A program made the position numbers and the translations under genes. Source: Sphingosinicella sp. (GTDB lineage Bacteria > Pseudomonadota > Alphaproteobacteria > Sphingomonadales > Sphingomonadaceae). Taken from it: a stretch of 64,000 nucleotides of DNA. The number at the start of each line of letters is the position of its first letter. The stretch's first letter is position 1. The notes beneath the pieces are model-generated. The model worked only from the letters and a program-made list of their open reading frames with translations, was not told the DNA's origin and ran no database searches. Positions 56,785-64,000 of the stretch are shown one piece after another. The stretch spans positions 3,017 to 67,016 of the forward strand of contig JACDEE010000004.1 of the NCBI GenBank assembly GCA_013816585.1, written 5' to 3'.

Positions 56785-57591
56785 TTGAGCCCGATTTCTA
56801 TCCTGGGGATTCCCCACGACGATAATTCTTCTTCGATGAAGGGACCGGCAGAAGCACCCCCTCTCATTCGGCGCGAACTCTTCTCCGATACCTATAGCAG
56901 CTGGAGCGAAACCGGCGTCGATTTCAGTGCACCAGATGCGGTCGTCGACCATGGCGATCTGGATTTCGGTTCAGGCGCCGATCCCTGGGATATCATCGAG
57001 CAGAATGTCGGCCGGATAATGGATTTGGGGCACCCATTGATTTCGCTGGGCGGCGATCATGCCATCACCCACCCGATCATCCGCGCGGTTCGGAAACGCC
57101 ACCCGAGCCTCACCATCCTCCATATCGACGCGCATCCCGACATCTATCACGATTATCAGGGCAATCCGCGGTCGCACACCTCGCCCTTCGCCCGGATCAT
57201 GGAGGAAGGGCTTGCCGATCGCCTGATCCAAGTGGGTCTTCGCACAGTCAACGACCATCATCGCGAACAATTCAGGCGGTTCGGAGTCGAAGTGATCGAC
57301 ACGGTCCGTTGGGGGCAGGATATCGATCTCAACCTGACCACCCCGGTCTACCTATCGATGGACATTGACGCGCTCGATCCGGCCTTTGCGCCCGGCGTGT
57401 CGCACAGGGAGCCCGGCGGCCTTTCCACGCGCCAGGTAATCGACCTGATCCACAGGGTGAACCAGCCGATCGTCGCCGCCGACATCGTGGAATTTAACCC
57501 GCGCTGCGACCTTTCCAACATGACCGCGATTGTCGCCGCCAAGCTGCTGAAGGAGATTGGCGGAATGATGGTAAAGACGGCACGCACCTGA
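56785..57591 (+). CDS. arginase-family protein (agmatinase/ureohydrolase)
   Basis: Mn-binding motifs GGDHAITHP, HIDAHPD and SMDIDALDP. TTG start after an AAGGAA RBS. Confidence 0.85.
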   Translation: MSPISILGIPHDDNSSSMKGPAEAPPLIRRELFSDTYSSWSETGVDFSAPDAVVDHGDLDFGSGADPWDIIEQNVGRIMDLGHPLISLGGDHAITHPIIRAVRKRHPSLTILHIDAHPDIYHDYQGNPRSHTSPFARIMEEGLADRLIQVGLRTVNDHHREQFRRFGVEVIDTVRWGQDIDLNLTTPVYLSMDIDALDPAFAPGVSHREPGGLSTRQVIDLIHRVNQPIVAADIVEFNPRCDLSNMTAIVAAKLLKEIGGMMVKTART

Positions 57592-57594
57592 GCC

Positions 57595-60063
57595 TTAGCT
57601 GCGCCGCGCGTCAGCTCTTTTGGTGCGGAGCGTTGGATCGGCACGCGCCGGGTCGTCCGGCCAGGGGTGCCTTGGGTAGCGGCCGCGCATTTCCTTGGCG
57701 ACATCGGCCCAGCTTCCTTTCCAGAAGCCCGGCAGGTCCCGGGTCGTCTGGATCGGCCGTCCCGCGGGTGAGGTCAGGCTGAGGATAAGCGGCACCTCGC
57801 CTGCCGCCACCATCGGGTGTTCCAAGAGACCAAAGAAAGCCTGCACCCGCGCCGTGACGGTCGGACCGGCTTCGGCCTCGTAATCGATCGCATGCTGGCT
57901 GCCGGCCGGAGTGGCGAAGTTTTCGGGCGCCAGTCGCTCGACCGATTTGCGCCCCTCCCAGCCAAGCAGGGCCTCAAGCGTGCCCGACAAGGCGGCGCGA
58001 TCGATGTCGGCGAGCTGGCGCTTGCCGGCCACCAGCAGCGGCAGCCACTGATCGATCGACGCCCGCAGGCTTTCGTCCGACAGATCGGGAAGCGCCGGAT
58101 CATAGCGCCGGGCAAAGGCCGCGCGCCTGCGCAAGGCCGCTACCGCGTCGGGCCAGGGAAGGAGATAGAGGCCATGGGCCCGGACCCCTTCCACCAGCGC
58201 CCCTTCTATCTCCTGCGGTAGAGCCCGGGCGTCGCTACCGCGCGATAACATTATAGCGCCCAGGCGCCGGCCTTGTTCGGCCTGCACGCTGCCGGCTTTC
58301 GGATCGAACAATATCTGCCTTCCGCTTTCGATGCGGTCTCCGAACAATAGATCAACCGTCGTCTCGTCGATCGCCGCGGCGGACAGGATTCGAGCGCCGG
58401 CCGCAAGGCCTCCGACCTCTGCCACCGCCAGCCATTGCTCGCGGGCAAGGGACCCGGCGGGGTCCAGCCTGAAGCCTCGCCCCCCCACGGATACCCAATC
58501 GGCGCCGTCGGCACCGCGCCGCCTGGACAGCCGGTCGGGAAAGGCCAACGCGACGCAGGCCCCGATTGGCTCGGCCTCAGCGGGCGGCGGCGAAGCGACC
58601 CCCGCAGGCCTCAGCAGTCCAAGCCAGTTTCGGGCAAGCCCCCGTGCCGCCTGGGCTCTGGGGCCACGGTCGGCACGCCAGCGGCGCAGCCTTGGTTCGA
58701 GGTCGATGTCACTTCCGCCAAGACCCCGCTCGGACAGCAGAACGGCCACGGCCGCAGCGGTCTCGCCCCAGCCCCGGCTCTCCGCCTCGATCATCATATG
58801 GGCGAGGCGCGGTGGAAGCGGAAATGCCGCGATCGTCTTGCCGTGCGGGGTCGGACGCCCGCTCTCGTCCAATGCCCCCAGCGAAAGCAGCCGCCGACGC
58901 GCTTCCTCGACCCCGGCGGCGGACGGCGGGTCGATCCATTTCAATGTGCGGGGATCGCCGACACCCCATAAAGCGCAATCGAGCAGCAAGGCGGTAAGAT
59001 CCGCCTCCAGGATTTCGGGCGGGTCGAAGCGCGGAAGGCTCGCCGTGGCCGCTTCCTCCCACAAGCGATAGACGATCCCCGGTCCTTGCCGCCCCGCCCG
59101 TCCCGCCCGCTGCGTGACCGAGGCCTGGCTTGCCCGTTCGGTGACCAGGCGGACCAGGCCCGCGGCGCGGTCATAGCGGGGCCGGCGGGCGAGGCCGCTA
59201 TCCACCACGATCCTTACCCCATCCAGCGTCAGGCTGGTTTCGGCGATGGAAGTGGCGAGGATGATCTTTCGCCGTCCGGCCGGCGCGGCGGCGATCGCCG
59301 CCCTCTGCTCGGCCGGCTGCAGGCTGCCATGAAGCGGAAGGATGTCCACATGTGCGGGGAGCCCGTTCAGGCGTTCCCGGGTCCGCTCGATTTCGGCAAC
59401 GCCCGGTAGAAAGGCAAGAAGGCTTCCCTCGGCTTCGCCGATCGCCCGGCGGATCGCCGATGCCATTTCATCCTCGATCCTTTTTTCAGACGATCGGCCG
59501 AGATGACGAAGTTCGATCGGATGGCTGCGCCCTTCGCTTTCGACCACGGGGGCGTTGCCCATCAGCCCTGAAAAGCGAGCGCCATCGAGCGTCGCGGACA
59601 TGGCGACGAGCCGCAAATCGGCGCGGAAGGCGGCCTGGGCATCCAGTGCCAAAGCCAGGCCGAAATCGCTGTCCAGGCTTCGCTCATGGACTTCGTCGAA
59701 CAGCACCGCCGAAACGCCCCGAAGCTCGGGGTCGGCCTGGATACGGTTGCGGAAGATACCTTCGGTAAGGACGAGGATGCGCGTACGTGCGGATCGCTTG
59801 CTGTCGAGGCGGGTAGCATAGCCGATGGTCCCCCCGACCGGTTCCCCCGCAAGCTCCGCCATCCGCTCCGCCGCGGCGCGCGCGGCGAAGCGCCGGGGCG
59901 ACAGAAGCAGGATGTCGCCGGTGCACCAGGGCTCGCTCATCAAGGCCGGCGCGACAGCAGTGGTCTTGCCCGCGCCTGGCGGGGCGACAAGCACGGCATT
60001 GGGGCCGTCACGAAGCGCGGCGAGCAGATCGGGAAGGACGGAGTGGATCGGAAGAGGGCTCAC
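57595..60063 (-). CDS. hrpB: ATP-dependent RNA helicase HrpB
   Basis: 822 aa. DEAH-box helicase motifs (APPGAGKTT, FDEVHERS, TSIAETSLT, QRAGRAGR) and an HrpB C-terminal domain. Confidence 0.9.
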   Translation of the reverse strand: MSPLPIHSVLPDLLAALRDGPNAVLVAPPGAGKTTAVAPALMSEPWCTGDILLLSPRRFAARAAAERMAELAGEPVGGTIGYATRLDSKRSARTRILVLTEGIFRNRIQADPELRGVSAVLFDEVHERSLDSDFGLALALDAQAAFRADLRLVAMSATLDGARFSGLMGNAPVVESEGRSHPIELRHLGRSSEKRIEDEMASAIRRAIGEAEGSLLAFLPGVAEIERTRERLNGLPAHVDILPLHGSLQPAEQRAAIAAAPAGRRKIILATSIAETSLTLDGVRIVVDSGLARRPRYDRAAGLVRLVTERASQASVTQRAGRAGRQGPGIVYRLWEEAATASLPRFDPPEILEADLTALLLDCALWGVGDPRTLKWIDPPSAAGVEEARRRLLSLGALDESGRPTPHGKTIAAFPLPPRLAHMMIEAESRGWGETAAAVAVLLSERGLGGSDIDLEPRLRRWRADRGPRAQAARGLARNWLGLLRPAGVASPPPAEAEPIGACVALAFPDRLSRRRGADGADWVSVGGRGFRLDPAGSLAREQWLAVAEVGGLAAGARILSAAAIDETTVDLLFGDRIESGRQILFDPKAGSVQAEQGRRLGAIMLSRGSDARALPQEIEGALVEGVRAHGLYLLPWPDAVAALRRRAAFARRYDPALPDLSDESLRASIDQWLPLLVAGKRQLADIDRAALSGTLEALLGWEGRKSVERLAPENFATPAGSQHAIDYEAEAGPTVTARVQAFFGLLEHPMVAAGEVPLILSLTSPAGRPIQTTRDLPGFWKGSWADVAKEMRGRYPRHPWPDDPARADPTLRTKRADARRS

Positions 60064-60102
60064 CTGGTACTCACCTCGGCCACCCTGATGTGGGTGGGCG
60101 AA

Positions 60103-61116
60103 TCAATAAGCCCGCGAGATGGCAAATTCGACCGCTTCGATCAGCGCCGCCTTGGCCTTGCCGGTGGGAAAGGAGCCGAGCGCGTCGATCGCGCGCTGCC
60201 CATAAAGTCGGGCGCGCTCGACCGTATCGTCGATCGCCCGGCTGTCCCGCAGCAGGCGGGTTGCGTGGGCCAGGTCCTCGTCCGAAATGCGGCTTCCCTG
60301 CATCGCGTCGCGCCAGAATGTCCGATCGGCATCACTTCCACGCGCCACCGCCAGGATTACCGGCAAGGTCACCTTGCCGTCGCGGAAATCATCGCCTGCG
60401 CCCTTGCCCATCGTGGCAGCGTCGGAAGAATAGTCGATCGCATCGTCGATAAGCTGGAACGCGATGCCGAGGTTGCGCCCGAAGGAATCGAGATGCTCCT
60501 CCGTCTCTTCGCCTTGCTCGGCGACGATGGCCGCTATCCGGCAAGCGGCGGCAAACAGAGCGGCGGTCTTGGCGCTGATGATCGAGAGATAATGATCCTC
60601 GCTGGTTTCGATCCGCCGCTGGGCGGTCAGCTGATCGACCTCGCCTTCCGCGATCACCGACGAGGCCCGCGACAATATCTTGAGCACTTTCAGGCTGCCA
60701 TCCTCGACCATTAGCTCGAAGCTGCGCGAAAACAGGAAATCGCCGACCAGCACGCTCGCGGGATTGCCCCAGATGATATTGGCAGTGTGCTTACCGCGGC
60801 GCAGGCCGGAACTGTCGACCACGTCGTCATGAAGCAGGGTCGCGGTGTGGATGAATTCGACCGCGGCGGCGAGCTTGTGATGCCTTGTTCCTGGATAATC
60901 GAGCAATCGCGCGCAGGCCAGGGTCAGCATCGGTCGCATCCGTTTGCCGCCGCCGGTGATCAAATGGCCCGCAAGCTCCGGGATCAGCACGACCTCGCTC
61001 CGCATCCGTTCGAGGATGACGCTGTTCACGTGATTGAGGTCCGCCCAAACGAGTTGCACCATCGCATCGAGCGACGGAGCGCCGGGCTGTCCAAGCTGGT
61101 GGATGGTCGCAGTCAT
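60103..61116 (-). CDS. ispB: polyprenyl (octa-/decaprenyl) diphosphate synthase
   Basis: 337 aa with the two Asp-rich motifs LLHDDVVD and QLIDDAID. Chain length cannot be told from the sequence. Confidence 0.85.
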   Translation of the reverse strand: MTATIHQLGQPGAPSLDAMVQLVWADLNHVNSVILERMRSEVVLIPELAGHLITGGGKRMRPMLTLACARLLDYPGTRHHKLAAAVEFIHTATLLHDDVVDSSGLRRGKHTANIIWGNPASVLVGDFLFSRSFELMVEDGSLKVLKILSRASSVIAEGEVDQLTAQRRIETSEDHYLSIISAKTAALFAAACRIAAIVAEQGEETEEHLDSFGRNLGIAFQLIDDAIDYSSDAATMGKGAGDDFRDGKVTLPVILAVARGSDADRTFWRDAMQGSRISDEDLAHATRLLRDSRAIDDTVERARLYGQRAIDALGSFPTGKAKAALIEAVEFAISRAY

Positions 61117-61228
61117 GGCTGGCGTTCTTTGGTCCGCCCGCCCGCAAATGGCAAGTCGAAGGCGCCGTTCATCGTGGCGGAGCCGGTGTCTGGGGCCTGG
61201 TTTCAGGCGGCTGCATCAGCGTTCCGGA

Positions 61229-62668
61229 TCATCTGCACAAAGGCAATTTCAGCCTCGCCAGCAATCCGCCGAGATCCTCGCTTTCCTCGAGCGAAACGGA
61301 GCCGCCGTAGATTTCGGCGACATCCCGGACGATGGCGAGGCCAAGGCCGGTTCCTGGTTTCTCAACATCGAGGCGCGCGCCGCGATCGAAGATGCTCGTG
61401 CGCTGGGCTTCCGGTATCCCCTTGCCGTCATCCTCGACGTCGATTTCGACGCATTCCTCCCCGGCTTTGACTGTCACGAATACGCGCCCACCGCCATATT
61501 TGGCCGCGTTTTCGATGAGATTGCCGAGCATCTCGTCCAGATCCTGGCGCTCGACCCGCACCGAAGCCTTGCGGTCGCCGGCAAGGTCGATGGTAATGCC
61601 TTCGAACAGGCGACCCACCGCGCGCTCGACCGCCTCCAGCGAGGGCCAGACCTCCGCCCGCGCCTGCGCGCTGGATCGGCGTCCGATCGCCCGGGCGCGG
61701 GCCAGATGGTGGTCGACCTGGCGGCGCATGGTCGAGGCTTCGCGAAGCACCGCCTCTGCCAGATCGGGGCTCTTCACCGACGCCGCGCTGGTAATGACGG
61801 TAAGCGGCGTCTTCAGCGCATGGGCAAGATTGCCGGCATGCCGCCGCGCTTCTTCGGCCTGCTTCTCAACATGCTCAAGCAGCTCGTTAAGCTCCTGCGT
61901 CAGCGGGGCGATTTCGCGCGGGAAGCGCTCTTCGATACGCGATTGCCGGCCCGAACGTATCGCGGCTATTTCCTTGCGAACGCGGCGGAGTGGCCAGAGG
62001 CCGTAGACTGCCTGCAACGCCGCCAGAACGATAAGACCGAGGCCAAGCGCACCGAACGACCGGACCATGGTCCGCCTAAGCACATTGATCTGAGCGTCCA
62101 GGCCGTCGCGGCTTTGCGCTACCTGGAATCGCCAGCGTACCGGCGATCCTGGCAGGCGCGCGTCGCGCTCGACCAGACGCAACGTCTCGGTTTCGAATTC
62201 TTCGCTGTCATAGCTGTGGATTTCGAAGTCGCGATGGTCCGCGACCACGGCCAGGCGGCGGTCCCAAAGCGATCGGGAAGGAAAAGCCTCGAAGCCCTCA
62301 CCGCTGATCTGGAAATACACTCCCGAATAAGGCTCCAGGAAGCGCTGGTCTGCCAGCTGCCGGTTAAGCGTGACTTCGCCCAACGGACCGATTTCGGCCG
62401 AGGTCAAAAGTGCGGTCAGAACATATTCGCCCTGTGCATCGAAATTACGAGTGATGGCGGAAGTCAGCACCCGGTCCAGGGCGATTCCGCCGCCTGCCAG
62501 CAGGACCAATATCCACAAGGCGGAGACGGTGATCATGCGCCGCGTCAGCGATCCGGTGGACCCGGATCTCGAGACGCCAAGGGGCGGACGTCGGAATAAA
62601 GAAAAAGCGGACTTCACGGCCTGGTCCGCTTGTCCTTCACGCGGCGGGGTCTTCCAGCGAATAGCCAA
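61229..62668 (-). CDS. two-component sensor histidine kinase (periplasmic sensor + HAMP + HisKA + HATPase_c)
   Basis: H-box AGNLAHALKTPL plus NLIENAAKY, DDGKGI and GTGLGLAI. Its 5' end overlaps the response-regulator gene. Alternative GTG start at 62614. Confidence 0.8.
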   Translation of the reverse strand: MAIRWKTPPREGQADQAVKSAFSLFRRPPLGVSRSGSTGSLTRRMITVSALWILVLLAGGGIALDRVLTSAITRNFDAQGEYVLTALLTSAEIGPLGEVTLNRQLADQRFLEPYSGVYFQISGEGFEAFPSRSLWDRRLAVVADHRDFEIHSYDSEEFETETLRLVERDARLPGSPVRWRFQVAQSRDGLDAQINVLRRTMVRSFGALGLGLIVLAALQAVYGLWPLRRVRKEIAAIRSGRQSRIEERFPREIAPLTQELNELLEHVEKQAEEARRHAGNLAHALKTPLTVITSAASVKSPDLAEAVLREASTMRRQVDHHLARARAIGRRSSAQARAEVWPSLEAVERAVGRLFEGITIDLAGDRKASVRVERQDLDEMLGNLIENAAKYGGGRVFVTVKAGEECVEIDVEDDGKGIPEAQRTSIFDRGARLDVEKPGTGLGLAIVRDVAEIYGGSVSLEESEDLGGLLARLKLPLCR

Positions 62669-63302
62669 GGCCGCGGATGGTAGTGATCACATCCTGGCCG
62701 AGTTTCTTGCGGATCCTGGTCACGAACACTTCGATCGTGTTGGAATCTCGGTCGAAATCCTGGTCGTAAATATGCTCGATCAGTTCGGTCCGCGACACCA
62801 CCTTGCCCTTGTGGTGCATCAGATAGGACAACAATTTATATTCCTGGGCGGTCAGCTTCACCGGTTCGCCGGCCAGCGTTACCTTGCCCGACCTTGTGTC
62901 GAGCCGGACTTCGCCAGCGGTCATTTCGGTGCTGGCATTGCCGGACGCGCGGCGGATCAGCGCGCGCAGGCGGGCGATCAATTCTTCGGTTTGGAACGGC
63001 TTGGCCAGATAATCGTCGGCGCCGGCGTCGAGCCCGGCCACCTTGTCCGACCAGCTGTCGCGCGCGGTCAGCACCAGAACCGGGACTTTCATATCCTCCT
63101 TGCGCCAGCGGTCCAATACGGTCAGGCCATCGACTTCGGGCAGACCGAGATCCAGGACGATCGCGTCATAGCTTTCGGTGGAGCCGAGATAATGGCCGTC
63201 CTCGCCGTCGGTGGCGAGGTCTACCGCATAGCCTGCGCCCTCAAGGGTCGCGCGAAGCTGGCGGCCGAGATTCGGTTCGTCCTCGACGATCAGAACCCTC
63301 AT
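62637..63302 (-). CDS. OmpR-family response regulator
   Basis: 221 aa. Receiver domain (MRVLIVEDE, DAIVLDLGLP, LTAR) and a winged-helix C-terminus (LT..EY.LL..L, TIRGLGY). Confidence 0.9.
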   Translation of the reverse strand: MRVLIVEDEPNLGRQLRATLEGAGYAVDLATDGEDGHYLGSTESYDAIVLDLGLPEVDGLTVLDRWRKEDMKVPVLVLTARDSWSDKVAGLDAGADDYLAKPFQTEELIARLRALIRRASGNASTEMTAGEVRLDTRSGKVTLAGEPVKLTAQEYKLLSYLMHHKGKVVSRTELIEHIYDQDFDRDSNTIEVFVTRIRKKLGQDVITTIRGLGYSLEDPAA

Positions 63303-63416
63303 TCACTTATCCCCTTGCTATGGTCAGGCGTCATTTAACCGCCCAACCAGCGCGATTGCCAATGGTTTCATCATCAAAGCTTTGCGGAAGGGGGATTGTT
63401 ACGGGGCCACCCGGGT

Positions 63417-63722
63417 TCAAAAGCCGGATTTGCCCACCACTTGGCCGGTGCGGGCATCGACATCGACCCATAATACCTGACCCTGGGCCATGAATTTCAG
63501 CCGGTAATAGTCCCCGTGCAGCTCGGGGCCGAGATAGGAGGCGCCGCGGGCGCGCATCCGGGGAACGATCCGGGCCTCTATCACCCGCAGCGGCATGATG
63601 TTGCCTTGCATGGTACCGCGCCATACCTCGTCTTGCTCCCGGTCGCGCGGGCGCGCGTCGGCGGACGGCATTATGGCCGTAGCGCCAAGAGCGGCAGCGA
63701 GAAGGGGGACGAACAAGCGCAT
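63417..63722 (-). CDS. PepSY-domain periplasmic protein
   Basis: About 101 aa starting at MRLFVPLLAAALG (signal peptide). The C-terminal YRLKF...G.V.WV.VDA.TG.V pattern is typical of PepSY. Confidence 0.7.
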   Translation of the reverse strand: MRLFVPLLAAALGATAIMPSADARPRDREQDEVWRGTMQGNIMPLRVIEARIVPRMRARGASYLGPELHGDYYRLKFMAQGQVLWVDVDARTGQVVGKSGF

Positions 63723-64000
63723 ATGCAAAACCCGATTTTTCCTTGAGGTCCTGCGTGGCATAGGGCGCGAGCATTGAATAGGTCATGAATGCCGATGAAG
63801 GCTTAGTGAAAGATTTCGAAGCCGGACCTGCCTAAGTATTTGATTAAACGGCTATCCAAACCCCCTCGCGGCGCGGGCCGGCCTTCTGGCTCGGTAATGG
63901 TTCAGCCGACTGTGTCGCCCGCGCAACAGTGTGACCTTCAGGCCGCCCGCGATCGTTCGATCGCTTCGGATGCTTCCAGCCAACGGGCTTCGGCCGCGGC

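Overview
High-GC bacterial chromosome segment. Gene content and order look alphaproteobacterial and most like Sphingomonadaceae; that placement is inference from protein motifs, since no database search was possible. It is densely coded, with about 60 genes, 2 tRNAs and many ATGA/GTGA start-stop overlaps. Most of it is ordinary housekeeping: pepN, a 4-gene Mla/Mce-type lipid ABC system, the lgt/MidA-like/pgeF trio, hemH, phbB, the giant NAD-glutamate dehydrogenase, lepA, rluE, hrpB, ispB, two acyl-CoA synthetases, a TonB receptor/MFS uptake locus, orphan tadE/tadE/tadG genes, and an OmpR/HK/PepSY module. The region I could not explain as housekeeping is 27.3-31.9 kb, directly 3' of tRNA-Thr. 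It holds an acidic tandem-repeat protein (5.3 copies of 18 aa, with repeat differences confined to synonymous sites), an AT-rich intergenic array of iterated motifs, and an NPPY SAM-methyltransferase. Divergent from these is a tight operon of a heme-oxygenase-like diiron enzyme, a PurD-family ATP-grasp paralog and a small SET-like protein. Both transcription units carry motifs resembling the alphaproteobacterial general-stress sigma-EcfG promoter, one of them an exact GGAAC-N17-CGTT. I propose this as a candidate stress-controlled modification or biosynthetic system of unknown product; that is a hypothesis, not a demonstrated function. Other notable points are a thioesterase split by a 1-nt frameshift at a C run, an orphan IorB-like molybdoenzyme subunit ATGA-coupled to hemH, a small ORF GTGA-coupled to ppk2, and a tandem degenerate+intact HD-GYP protein. 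All product calls come from motif recognition by eye in the supplied translations. Start codons are often uncertain because the ORF track reports the longest ORFs.
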